IMG/VR virus record: IMGVR_UViG_3300012166_000006
Span: 1 to 32,666 of that record
Length of the DNA: 32,666 bases
Source: a virus
Taxonomy: Duplodnaviria; Caudoviricetes
Reading direction: 5' to 3' (one strand)
Shown here: in pieces, positions 7,881-17,294 of the stretch
Position numbering within the stretch: the stretch's first letter is position 1
Layout: each line of letters opens with the position of its first letter
The notes under the pieces: model-generated
Seen by the model: the letters and a program-made list of their open reading frames with translations, nothing else
Told to the model about the DNA's origin: nothing
Database searches by the model: none
Translations under genes and position numbers: made by a program

Positions 7881-8848
7881 TAGATTGCTCCGCCGGGCAT
7901 ACCAATCATGGTTCCGGCAACATTAGCACCAGCATTTAATGCAGTCTGCCACCATGGAGTTCCAGGAGGTGCCTGCTGACCCAGTGAACGTAATTGCATA
8001 TCAATTAAACCTAAGCCACTACCCTGGCGTAGATTCTCTAATTGATTACGCTGCTGATATGCCTGTAATGCCTGATTACCGAATGTAGAAGCCATACCAG
8101 GAGTAGCAGAGTATAGGCCACGCTGACCTTCTAATCCACGTAGACTCATTTCCTGAGAAGCTAATTGTCTAGCCTCCCAAGCTGATAATCCTTGTTCAGT
8201 AAGTTCCTTAGCACGCTGGTCTAATCCAGCTTCAGCAAGAGAACCCTGCTGTAAGCCCTGCATACCAGCAAGTTTACCTTGACGGATATCCTGTGCTAAA
8301 GTAGCATTAACATTAGTTGTAGCATCTGCTAGTTGCCCAGGTAATTCACGCTGAGCCTTACTAGCAGCAGCAATGTAGTTAGCACTACCCCCTGGACCAC
8401 CTAATGAGCGCGCACGGTCCATTTCCATCATCGTATTGCCATAAGCAGCACGAATAGGAGACATACCACGCGCACGTAGTTCTTGAATATCCTGAGGTGA
8501 GTATCCACCAGAATTAGCGAACTCTCTATACCCTCCCATAGCCGTGCCCATATCAGGACTACGATTATAGGTGATAGCTTCAGGTCTACGACCAGCGATA
8601 CTAGAGGACAGATTATTGACGCCTGAACGCCAATCACCATATCCTCCCATCATCGTATCGTAATCCTGCCTTTGTCTACCGGCAGCATTAGAATATGCAT
8701 TATAGAAAGACTGACTCTGGGGAATAAATTCCTTCTCTAAGTCAGACTGACTACCAAATAAACGGTCACGTTCACCCCCTGCGAAATCGTATATTTCTTC
8801 GCGCTTAGGGGTAACTTTTCCTTGTTGTTCCTTGTTATCGTCGCCCAT
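7880..8848 (-). CDS. Internal virion / DNA transfer (pilot-like) protein
   Basis: 322 aa, Gln/Gly/Ala-rich, with a C-terminal WWQTALNAGANVAGTMIG hydrophobic helix typical of P22 gp7-like proteins. Confidence 0.6.
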   Translation of the reverse strand: MGDDNKEQQGKVTPKREEIYDFAGGERDRLFGSQSDLEKEFIPQSQSFYNAYSNAAGRQRQDYDTMMGGYGDWRSGVNNLSSSIAGRRPEAITYNRSPDMGTAMGGYREFANSGGYSPQDIQELRARGMSPIRAAYGNTMMEMDRARSLGGPGGSANYIAAASKAQRELPGQLADATTNVNATLAQDIRQGKLAGMQGLQQGSLAEAGLDQRAKELTEQGLSAWEARQLASQEMSLRGLEGQRGLYSATPGMASTFGNQALQAYQQRNQLENLRQGSGLGLIDMQLRSLGQQAPPGTPWWQTALNAGANVAGTMIGMPGGAI

Positions 8849-9227
8849 CGCTAACCCTCATAGAAAGAGCCTGACACCTAGGATGAAAGCCATGCTGTTT
8901 CAGGTGCTCAGCGTATTTTTCATCCTTAACAAAGGCGTGCAAGTAGTCAATTTCAAATTTCTGACAAGTAAAAATAGAGACTGCTTGAGCCTCTACTAAT
9001 GCTCGCCCGAGGGTTATTCCAGAATTTTCCTTATCAGTGACGATTATAGTCTCGGCTATTGGTCTAATACCGCCGGCAATGATAATTTTGTCATCATCGT
9101 CAACGATAGCAAACGCATTTAGAAATCTATGGAAGAAATTGGGCAGATTAAAATCTTGTCCATAGTATTTATCGTGCAATTCTTTGACCCTAGGTAGGTC
9201 ATCGAGTGTTAGTGAGCGGGCTCTCAT
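8835..9227 (-). CDS. GNAT-fold acetyltransferase-like virion assembly protein
   Basis: RSLTLDDL...IIIAGG...YLHAFV...HLKQHGF pattern. Located just upstream of the ejection genes, like T7 gp13 / P22 gp14. Confidence 0.6.
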   Translation of the reverse strand: MRARSLTLDDLPRVKELHDKYYGQDFNLPNFFHRFLNAFAIVDDDDKIIIAGGIRPIAETIIVTDKENSGITLGRALVEAQAVSIFTCQKFEIDYLHAFVKDEKYAEHLKQHGFHPRCQALSMRVSDGRR

Positions 9228-9583
9228 CTTACGTCGTTATGCTCAATAGAGTAATGATTACCGTCTTTCTTTTTACCTTCAAAATCCCCACCCCACGCGC
9301 ATTCAAATTCTTTGGTAGATAGAGATTTCCAATATTCACCTAATGGACGATGAGATTCAGTTGAAGTTAAGTATTTACCGTCTCGAAATAAATTAAGGTC
9401 GATGGCTAGTCTTGAGATATGTAGTGAATTAGGAATACCTTTACCTAATGCAGCTAATCTCTCAGCTTCAGCAGGCGAACGCCACGCCTCACCTAATGTC
9501 AGTTCAAAGCCTAATTGCCATGCCTTTTTGAAAAGCAATGGAAGTAATCTGACAAATGCAGATTGTTTCTGTCTTAATGTCAC
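9224..9583 (-). CDS. Peptidase M15 family endolysin (L-Ala-D-Glu peptidase-like)
   Basis: GEAWRS...NSLHISRLAIDLNLF...WGGDF...DGNHYS, i.e. SxHx6D and DxxH Zn-binding motifs. Confidence 0.9.
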   Translation of the reverse strand: MTLRQKQSAFVRLLPLLFKKAWQLGFELTLGEAWRSPAEAERLAALGKGIPNSLHISRLAIDLNLFRDGKYLTSTESHRPLGEYWKSLSTKEFECAWGGDFEGKKKDGNHYSIEHNDVR

Positions 9584-9903
9584 GACAGCACATCCTCATC
9601 ACCATCAATAGTCAGAACGAGAATGTTATTAGTTCCAGCTAATGCCTGAATGATTTCGGCCGCTTCTAATACATAGTAACAGAAGTGGTCAAGAATAGCG
9701 TTAGCTCCAATGCTATAAGCATCAAAGAGCCGTGTTGCAGCCGCATCTGCTCCAATGGACATAGTGAATGTCACTACTGATGCAGACGGATTCTGGATAT
9801 GGACATGTCTTAGAATGCCCCTACGACCAGCAGCCACTGTATACTTAGTTGCAGCAGCATTGCTAACTTGAGCAGGACCAGCCATCCGTTTGGCGATTCT
9901 CAT
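9580..9903 (-). CDS. Small beta-sandwich tail/virion protein
   Basis: 107 aa beta-rich protein (TKYTV...IQN...VLEAAEIIQA) within the tail module. Confidence 0.55.
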   Translation of the reverse strand: MRIAKRMAGPAQVSNAAATKYTVAAGRRGILRHVHIQNPSASVVTFTMSIGADAAATRLFDAYSIGANAILDHFCYYVLEAAEIIQALAGTNNILVLTIDGDEDVLS

Positions 9904-10097
9904 TTCTCTATTTCTCCCTTTGCATCAAACAGAGACACCGTAAAATCTTTATCGTTAAAACTCAAGTTACCAGGTTGAATGCCGTGGGACAATAGAAGAT
10001 TAGTTTTTTGTTCCATTAATCTTTGTTCATTTACAGTTATTTCAAATAGTTTAGCTTTAAGTTTATAGTATTCAAGTTCCGTTAATTGTTTTACCAT
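9900..10097 (-). CDS. Small coiled-coil protein, possible tail-fibre chaperone
   Basis: 65 aa, directly downstream of the fibre genes. Confidence 0.45.
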   Translation of the reverse strand: MVKQLTELEYYKLKAKLFEITVNEQRLMEQKTNLLLSHGIQPGNLSFNDKDFTVSLFDAKGEIEK

Positions 10098-10110
10098 GCT
10101 GATATATACC

Positions 10111-10740
10111 TCATGGAATTGTTCTATACTTTATAAAACTTCCAGTCATTATTCTAACACTCGTTCCGGCTGTTTCACTTGCTAGTTGAATAGTTAAGTT
10201 ACCTGCGGGTGAAGCTCCAGCTCGAAGCATACCTTGAATAGAAACTGGCCAACTTTGAGTTGTATTAGGTAATCCTCCAACAGCAACTAATAAAGCAGCA
10301 TTAATATTTCCTGATGCGAATAATGGAGTTCCTGTAGCTGCTTGAAATTCTCTAATTTGAGCTACTCCATCAGTCATTCCTGTAGGCCATGATAATCCTA
10401 TTCTTGGATTTACAGTAGCAGTAGCAGTTCTAATCATTAAACTTGCTTCAAATTCATAATTTAAATTAGCTAATGGAGTTAATATTAATGGAGAATTTTG
10501 AACGGCAGTTAATGTAGTTGCAAAATCTACTGCTAATTTAACATAAGCCCAGGGGTCACTTCCGCCACCCCCAACTGCCGCTCCAATAGCAGTCCAATTA
10601 ATTCCATCAATAGTTTGTTTTAATATATTAGTAGTTGTATCAAACCATAGAATATTAGTATATCCTACTCCACTTCCAATTTCTCCCGTAACAGTAGGAG
10701 AAAGAGCACCGCGAGCCAGATATAAAGGACTATATTTCAT
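10111..10740 (-). CDS. Tail fibre / receptor-binding protein
   Basis: The likely start is 10740 (MKYSPL, ATGA-coupled). LWFDTTTNILK...W motif, Gly linker, and C-terminal jelly-roll-like end (GNLTIQLASE...GSFIKY). Confidence 0.6.
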   Translation of the reverse strand: MKYSPLYLARGALSPTVTGEIGSGVGYTNILWFDTTTNILKQTIDGINWTAIGAAVGGGGSDPWAYVKLAVDFATTLTAVQNSPLILTPLANLNYEFEASLMIRTATATVNPRIGLSWPTGMTDGVAQIREFQAATGTPLFASGNINAALLVAVGGLPNTTQSWPVSIQGMLRAGASPAGNLTIQLASETAGTSVRIMTGSFIKYRTIP

Positions 10741-12014
10741 ATTACCTGATATGTGAAAATGTAACTCCAAGACTGACTAGTAATATCTCCCGATATCCAT
10801 TGGATAACGGCAGTATTATTAGCTACTGAACCAATAACTTCAGCCCCCTGTCCTGCTATAGTTCCACAAAAGGCTACTCCTGCCACATCTTCAACTGCAC
10901 CAATATTAGATGCTATAGGTAAAGTCATTTCAAATGAAGTAGCTGTTCCTGTTAGTGTAGGGTCAGCAGTAAATCGACCAGAAACAGTTACAGTATCTCC
11001 AACTCGCGCATATTGAGCTTCTGTTAATGTAACATTAGCATCTAAATTAACTTCAGCAGACCTAGTTGGAGTATAAGTCTTCCCAGTTCCAGTAAGTTGA
11101 CTTACTAATCCAGCTTCATTGATACCAAATATTTCTACTGTGCCACCAACATCATTGGCATATAATCCAGCAGTATTAGCATCTAATGTAGCAGGAGCAG
11201 TTCCGTCACCAAATATTAAACTTTTAGTTCCCGTCGCAGGGTCTGTTTGAGAATCATTAATGATTACGTTACCATTAACACTAATATACATGAAATTAGT
11301 TGCGGCAGCGCCTCCACTAATACGAAAAGCATTAGCTTCATTTCCAACTACAGTAAAACGCCATTCAATTCCATTCTGTTGTTGGAAACAAGTAAATCCT
11401 GCCTGCGCATTAGCATTACCAGAAGGAGACCTGATTTGTAGATATGTGCTACCAGCAGTATTGTTTTCTGTAAATCGAGCTACATATCCAATATCAGTGC
11501 CAGCACCAAAAACGTCTAGTAAATTAGATGGATTAACTAATCCAATACCTACTCTAAAGTTTGTGCGATTAAAAAATAAGTGAGTATTATCCTGAGATAG
11601 AGTGCCACCAGCACCTGCGAAAATGATAGAACCAGGAGTAAACCCTCCAATAGGATTACCGCCAGCAGGAGAAGCAGCATTACTATAAGCAGCTTCCTCT
11701 ATTCCCCCATCTAAATCACCCGGCATTCCAGGGGGTCCAATCGGACCTTGTGGACCTGTAGGACCAGGAACTCCTAATGGATTATAATCAAACTCTTGTT
11801 CTCTCCAAATAGGGGAGGATTCTGCACCAGTAATAGTTCCTGCACTTCCCCCACCAGATGATGAACCGGAAGCAGCATCAATTAGTGCTTCTAATCTTCC
11901 TAAATTAGTTAATAACTGGTCAATTGTTTGCCATAGGGCATTATTCGTCTGTTGAACACCAGACGTTAGCAATGTAGAACGAAGTTTCTTAAAATCGGGA
12001 AATCCTTCAGCCAT
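10737..12014 (-). CDS. Tail fibre protein with short collagen-like repeat
   Basis: 425 aa with GVPGPTGPQGPIGPPGMPG, GSIIFAG, RVGIG...PSNLLDV fibre repeats and a C-terminal YARVGDTVTV...LPI head domain. Confidence 0.8.
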   Translation of the reverse strand: MAEGFPDFKKLRSTLLTSGVQQTNNALWQTIDQLLTNLGRLEALIDAASGSSSGGGSAGTITGAESSPIWREQEFDYNPLGVPGPTGPQGPIGPPGMPGDLDGGIEEAAYSNAASPAGGNPIGGFTPGSIIFAGAGGTLSQDNTHLFFNRTNFRVGIGLVNPSNLLDVFGAGTDIGYVARFTENNTAGSTYLQIRSPSGNANAQAGFTCFQQQNGIEWRFTVVGNEANAFRISGGAAATNFMYISVNGNVIINDSQTDPATGTKSLIFGDGTAPATLDANTAGLYANDVGGTVEIFGINEAGLVSQLTGTGKTYTPTRSAEVNLDANVTLTEAQYARVGDTVTVSGRFTADPTLTGTATSFEMTLPIASNIGAVEDVAGVAFCGTIAGQGAEVIGSVANNTAVIQWISGDITSQSWSYIFTYQVI

Positions 12015-12334
12015 TACGGACTCATATAACTAGGTAAGTCTGCTTCGACAGGCTTGGCAAAGATTATAATACGATGAATATTTAGAATAGTTTCATTAAT
12101 TTCTGTGATTCTGCATTCCAATTGAATGCGCTGAGATTTGAAATTAGCTAATCGAGTAGGTTCAACTTTAGTAGTTGCAGACATGACAATAGGAATCATT
12201 GTAAATGACTCCACATCATCAAGACTATTTAACTGCATAAGGAGATTACCCGAACCAGTCACACGCATTCTAACTGCGGCAACATGGTGGACAAATTCTC
12301 CTCCGCCACTTTGACTCTTTCTTCTAGCCACCAA
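12014..12334 (-). CDS. Tail protein resembling the C-terminal domain of a tail nozzle/hub
   Basis: 106 aa, TTG start with AGGA RBS. VRMRVTGSGNL...FKSQRIQLE...IHRIIIF beta-sandwich pattern. Confidence 0.55.
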   Translation of the reverse strand: MVARRKSQSGGGEFVHHVAAVRMRVTGSGNLLMQLNSLDDVESFTMIPIVMSATTKVEPTRLANFKSQRIQLECRITEINETILNIHRIIIFAKPVEADLPSYMSP

Positions 12335-15300
12335 TATATCCTGTCTTAAAGAATGGGTCAGGAATTTCTACATCGGCTTCTGTGGGTGATGAGCCAGTTA
12401 AAATTGTATCGTCGGTTTTGCCTGGAACTAATGTGTAGATTCCGGACATATTCTCGACAAGTAACTTAGCTGTTTCTCCTGATAATACAATTCCTCCAGA
12501 ACCTACGACTGTAACATCAGCAGGAATATCTGGGGGTGTTAATAAGTAACTTGGTGCAGTAGGTGCGCCAGGACCATTCCATCCAGGCTCAGCTAATCCA
12601 CAAATTCCATCTACGCCCCATCCACCATTACCAGCAGTAGTAACACAGGATGGTATAATGAATACTGTGTAGACAACTAGATTAGCATTGAGAGTAACGC
12701 CTACTTGAATGGAATCAACTCCACCGCCAGTAATAGCAGTGGTAGAACCAGTTCCATCTTGTAATCTAGTGCTATTGTTAGTTGTATGACCTGGGTCACG
12801 TGAATATTGATTAGCATTTGTAACAGCAGCGATAATAGCAAACAGGGGTCTACGACCATTAAGAGTTACAGGAATAACTCTATCACCTGCTCCACCATTA
12901 CCAGTGTAAGTTCCAATATAAATAATATTTGAATTAATACTGTTACCGTCAGTTTGTCTCCACAGAGCCGCGCAGGCACCAGAAATTCCGTTTAAAGATG
13001 TCCCAGCTATTAAACTGCCTGCTGCAAAAGTAGATAAACCAGTAGTTGAAACAGCAGCGGAACTTAAAGTTCTAGACTGCGTAGCTGTAAATCCTGGACC
13101 CTTAATCCATGCATTAAATGCAGCAGTATTGTTTTTAACATTCTCCATCTGAGCTAAAGCGAACTCAGGAGTAAATCCAGAATCAAATAGAGGAACTGTA
13201 TTAGTTCCAGCATCATATTTCCAAGGAACATTCATTAAGATACGTGACATTACGTCAGAGAATGCCACATATTGATAAGTTACACCACTATTATTACTGT
13301 TAGCACTAGTTCCAACTAGGCTAATAACAGTATCTCCATCAGTATTAATTCGGACATTTATTGCTAATCCAGGTAACGCATCATCATCTACCATATTAGC
13401 ATGGGGAGCAAGCATTGCGCTATTCCACCATGTTTTAACATTTGTAGAAGTATTGCGAATGTAAAGCCAATGAATTCCGGGTAAGGCGACAGTAATATCC
13501 TGAGCCGTTCCATTGCCTACATAAGTGCCTGTGGCAACAGCTACAGAATTAGGAGGAGGTGTAGTAGCTCTCCCCATGTAAGTAGCATAATAGGGAGAAT
13601 TGTGATATCCAATTAATTGAGTTATTCCGATAAAATTAACAGGGTCATACTCATCTTCAGGACCGTATGAGCCCATATATTGAGCTTCCATTTCCAGGAA
13701 GGATACAGTAGTTAAATTTGCATCAGTTGACTTAATTAGTAACGGTAAAGAAGGTTCATATTCAGAAACTAGAGGAGGAAATTCTGAACCCGCAGCTACA
13801 TTTTGTAAGGTATTATAGCCATTCCGAAGTGTGGTAAAGCTCTTAGTAACAGTAGCTTCCACACCTGCTAAAATAGACCCTATCTTATCTGTAACAGAAG
13901 CAACACCCTTCGATACAACTGCTCCAATACCAATTGCTAAAGGTCCAAACTGTCTCACGAAGCTGATATTACTATTTAATTCTCCATCCGCTTCTGTATT
14001 TGCAGCTAAACGAGCACCTGTAGTGCTACTAGTAATAGTTGCAAGAGGATTAGCAGGTGGAGTTTGTAATAATGCTCTGTAGTCACCCGTCCAATTGGTA
14101 TTCTCAGAAAGGCTAGTGCCTCTAATCCATTGACAATGATGACCCATGACATAGTCAACAGTATCCCTGAATGTTACTCCACCAATAACAGTGGGGTCGC
14201 CAGGGTCCATGTTAGACCAGTCATCGTAATGAAGTTGGCTACCATTAGCAGATACACTTGAACCAAGAGTGCTACTACTATGAGTTACCTGACCTGCACC
14301 ACCTACGCGAACGTCACCAACCCAATCAGATAAAGTTGCTCCTAAACTTTCTACAGTAACCTGAGCTTCACAACCACTTCCTGTTATAACATAATTAAGA
14401 TATACGTCTATTCTTATCCATTGTTTAAGTGGTAATACAGTGCCCGAAGGGTCTAAATTAGAATGAGTGAACCCAAAGTTATCTAGTGTCTCTCCATTTA
14501 ACTTACCAGTGGTATCAATTTGAATACGAGTAGCGCCTCCACCACTATCAGTGAAAGCAATTAATCTAGCTAAACTTGCAGTTGGATATTTTTCAATCCA
14601 TAAATAGAATCGTTCCCATGAATTCCTACCGTTAATTATAGGATTAATAGTCTCATTTAATTGACGTGTAATGGCTTGACCAGTGCAACACATCCCGATT
14701 CCATCAGGAGTTCTGGATGCAGCACGAGTATATACTTCAGAGAATACAGTTCCACCGTCTCCTTCTGGTCCAGTGCCAGGAGCATCTTGTCCACCATTTG
14801 TCCATTCAAACCCAGTTATGAAACGTCTAGGTCTAATGTCCTCAAATTCTGTAGGTGTATCAGAAGTTATTCCTCCTGCAATACAAATGACACCTACCCA
14901 TACCCATGCTAATGGTGGGCCTGCACCCCAAATAGGAATTGAAGGATGTCCAGGAATATCTAACCAATCCTGGTTATAGTCAAACGTATAGGAAGCAGGA
15001 GGCCACCAATAGTTTCCCTCAGGATTACCAGGGTCAGAAGGGTATACATAGGTATGCATACTCTTGATAGCCTGTGGAGCCTGCCAACTTCCGTCTATGT
15101 TGTAGCGAATTGTATATGGAGGCTGAACAAACTGAATCCAAGTATCGTCAACGTCATCCCAGCCGTTCGCAGTCTCAGTAATACCGAGAGCGTCACGTGC
15201 ATAACCAGGACTACGTGAAATTAAATTTCCACCGAACGTAGCTACAGCAGCTTCGTAATCAGCGGCGTTTTTGAACCAAATGTTGTAGAACATGTATAAC

Positions 15301-15341
15301 CATACATGTCCCGCAGCAGGTTCAGTAGGCCAATTGGGCAT
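12324..15341 (-). CDS. Large multidomain tail / host-recognition protein
   Basis: 1005 aa, Thr/Gly/Ser-rich beta domains, a ConA/LamG-like segment (WERFYLWI...QWIRIDV...YDDW) and two GTYxGNG repeats. Confidence 0.65.
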   Translation of the reverse strand: MPNWPTEPAAGHVWLYMFYNIWFKNAADYEAAVATFGGNLISRSPGYARDALGITETANGWDDVDDTWIQFVQPPYTIRYNIDGSWQAPQAIKSMHTYVYPSDPGNPEGNYWWPPASYTFDYNQDWLDIPGHPSIPIWGAGPPLAWVWVGVICIAGGITSDTPTEFEDIRPRRFITGFEWTNGGQDAPGTGPEGDGGTVFSEVYTRAASRTPDGIGMCCTGQAITRQLNETINPIINGRNSWERFYLWIEKYPTASLARLIAFTDSGGGATRIQIDTTGKLNGETLDNFGFTHSNLDPSGTVLPLKQWIRIDVYLNYVITGSGCEAQVTVESLGATLSDWVGDVRVGGAGQVTHSSSTLGSSVSANGSQLHYDDWSNMDPGDPTVIGGVTFRDTVDYVMGHHCQWIRGTSLSENTNWTGDYRALLQTPPANPLATITSSTTGARLAANTEADGELNSNISFVRQFGPLAIGIGAVVSKGVASVTDKIGSILAGVEATVTKSFTTLRNGYNTLQNVAAGSEFPPLVSEYEPSLPLLIKSTDANLTTVSFLEMEAQYMGSYGPEDEYDPVNFIGITQLIGYHNSPYYATYMGRATTPPPNSVAVATGTYVGNGTAQDITVALPGIHWLYIRNTSTNVKTWWNSAMLAPHANMVDDDALPGLAINVRINTDGDTVISLVGTSANSNNSGVTYQYVAFSDVMSRILMNVPWKYDAGTNTVPLFDSGFTPEFALAQMENVKNNTAAFNAWIKGPGFTATQSRTLSSAAVSTTGLSTFAAGSLIAGTSLNGISGACAALWRQTDGNSINSNIIYIGTYTGNGGAGDRVIPVTLNGRRPLFAIIAAVTNANQYSRDPGHTTNNSTRLQDGTGSTTAITGGGVDSIQVGVTLNANLVVYTVFIIPSCVTTAGNGGWGVDGICGLAEPGWNGPGAPTAPSYLLTPPDIPADVTVVGSGGIVLSGETAKLLVENMSGIYTLVPGKTDDTILTGSSPTEADVEIPDPFFKTGYIGG

Positions 15342-15748
15342 TATGCGCTCTCACAAGTGATGCGTGGAGTTACTCTAATCACACTTCCTGCAATCGGAGT
15401 AAATGGCACACTACCAGATGGAAATCTTTCCGCATACATTAAAAGACCGTCTGAATTTCGTGTAATAAAATATCCATAAATAGTGCCAGGTGCATTAATT
15501 GCGCCAGTAAAAATCCACTGCTGAACAGCATTATACAGAGCAATAGTAGGTCCACCACCTGTAACAGTCCAATTCGCAAATGTAAGTGGAACATTAGCGT
15601 AACCTCCGCCCGCAATTTCTGTGTAGTCAGCCGCTGCGTCAGTGCCAGCAGGAGTCCTGTCATTTCCATATATCCGCATTGTTAATGCAGGTGTAAGGAA
15701 TGTATTAAGTATTGCTACTTCTTGAACGTTCGTTACAATTAGACTCAT
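15341..15748 (-). CDS. Small tail-fibre-associated protein
   Basis: 135 aa with TEIAGGGYA...W...F...GTIYGYF...LMYAERF, a pattern common in genes preceding large tail proteins. Confidence 0.6.
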   Translation of the reverse strand: MSLIVTNVQEVAILNTFLTPALTMRIYGNDRTPAGTDAAADYTEIAGGGYANVPLTFANWTVTGGGPTIALYNAVQQWIFTGAINAPGTIYGYFITRNSDGLLMYAERFPSGSVPFTPIAGSVIRVTPRITCESA

Positions 15749-17256
15749 ACTTGGTCCGCGCCTATAATGAAATCATCGATGTTCCAGATAGCAATGGTAT
15801 TCACTAAGAATATGAATGACCACGGCCACCACTTGATGTTTTTTGGGTCTAGCCCATTTTTATAGTCGCCATACATTATAGTTCTATCTGTAGTAACATA
15901 GTATATGCGTTGTGCGATTGGGTCATGGAGGACTTGAATTTTTCTAAATTCATTCCTATCCATGTCATACCAGTTGGACTGAATTTTTGTTGATAATTCA
16001 GGCAATACGTATCGCCCATTAAATAGACACATTCCTTTGTAAGTTGCGATGAACAAAAAGTCAGCATTAGAAGACCCTGAATCTAATACCGTGGCAATGC
16101 CATGAACTGAAGTTCCAAGAGCTTCATCAACTGAGGAATATTCCCATGATGTAGGAACATCACCATTATCTACCCAGGAAGCTGTCTTGGAACGTTTGAA
16201 TCCGTAGAATACACCCCTAAGAATTTGACCGTTAGTAATTGGATTACCATCTGGAGGCATTGTAAGAATGCCAGTAATCTGCGATATAGCTTCTGGCTCT
16301 CCAGGTGCTGATACTCTGTATAGAGAGATATTATCAAACTCTCCGCCCAAAATAAGACGGTTATTATAAATAGCCAGAGTAGTGCCAGCAGCGATTTCAG
16401 AAAAGTTATCAAGTAGATGGCTCGCGTCAAGTAAAAGGTCAGCATCGTAAAAAGAAACATTGGCTAATACAGTTGTAACGTTATCATTAATGACAGCACC
16501 AGGGATAAAGAATAGTTGGTATCCGGTAACATCACCATTGTAAGTTTGAATTACTTTGGACGCTACAATATGACGTTTAGTCCACTGAGCACCCACGAAT
16601 GTAGGAACAGTTGAAAATGATACTGATAATGCTGCTGATGTGGTGAATGAGTTTAAGGCTACTGGAGCCGACAAATATCCAGAATCAGTTTCTCCCACAA
16701 CTCCAAAGATATGCAACCCTGCATCAGTATGCCCTGCAATTCCATTAGCAACAGTAATAGTCCCAGCAGGAGTAGTTCCGGCAGCTTTACGTGCCGCAGT
16801 TCCATCTCCCTGATAAACATAGAGAAACTCGTTATCGAGTCCTTTCTCAACATTTAATCCTCCAACTACATAGGTTTTAAATGGTGAAATTAGAGCTCTA
16901 CCATTGTATGGAACAAATGCAAAATCTTCCATACCGGCAATAGTAAGAATAGGACCAAATATTGTATCCGCATCAACTACATGATAAATTTCTCCATTTG
17001 CACCATTTGCAATTAATACAAGTATTGTATTTCCATCATCAGTTGGATAGTTGTAAATTCTACGAATATTCTGAATAGGAGCCACTACATCTTGATGTAA
17101 TCCGACTCCAGGACGCATACCAAAACCATAATCACCCACCGATTGTAAATTATCACATTCGGCAAAGTGGTCCATTGGGGTATCTTCTGCATCACCCCTT
17201 TGATATAACCCTTTGAATTCTTCTAGGGTTATTGGTTCGTGGTCGCGATATGCCAT
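15745..17256 (-). CDS. Tail nozzle/hub protein (P22 gp10 / T7 gp12-like), apparently lacking its C-terminal part
   Basis: N-terminal FKGLY...ECDNL...GMRPG and beta-propeller-like blades (YNNRLILG, SAPGEPE, GNPIT, FKRSKT). Lies downstream of the adaptor. Confidence 0.65.
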   Translation of the reverse strand: MAYRDHEPITLEEFKGLYQRGDAEDTPMDHFAECDNLQSVGDYGFGMRPGVGLHQDVVAPIQNIRRIYNYPTDDGNTILVLIANGANGEIYHVVDADTIFGPILTIAGMEDFAFVPYNGRALISPFKTYVVGGLNVEKGLDNEFLYVYQGDGTAARKAAGTTPAGTITVANGIAGHTDAGLHIFGVVGETDSGYLSAPVALNSFTTSAALSVSFSTVPTFVGAQWTKRHIVASKVIQTYNGDVTGYQLFFIPGAVINDNVTTVLANVSFYDADLLLDASHLLDNFSEIAAGTTLAIYNNRLILGGEFDNISLYRVSAPGEPEAISQITGILTMPPDGNPITNGQILRGVFYGFKRSKTASWVDNGDVPTSWEYSSVDEALGTSVHGIATVLDSGSSNADFLFIATYKGMCLFNGRYVLPELSTKIQSNWYDMDRNEFRKIQVLHDPIAQRIYYVTTDRTIMYGDYKNGLDPKNIKWWPWSFIFLVNTIAIWNIDDFIIGADQV

Positions 17257-17294
17257 ATCTTAATATGCGTGTAAGATGCGCATCCCCTTGTTTA

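Noticed and set aside
12334-15745. Self-splicing intron or intein explaining the split nozzle
   Set aside because: The insert is fully coding with coupled ORFs of tail-protein character. I see no homing endonuclease, reverse transcriptase or splice motifs.
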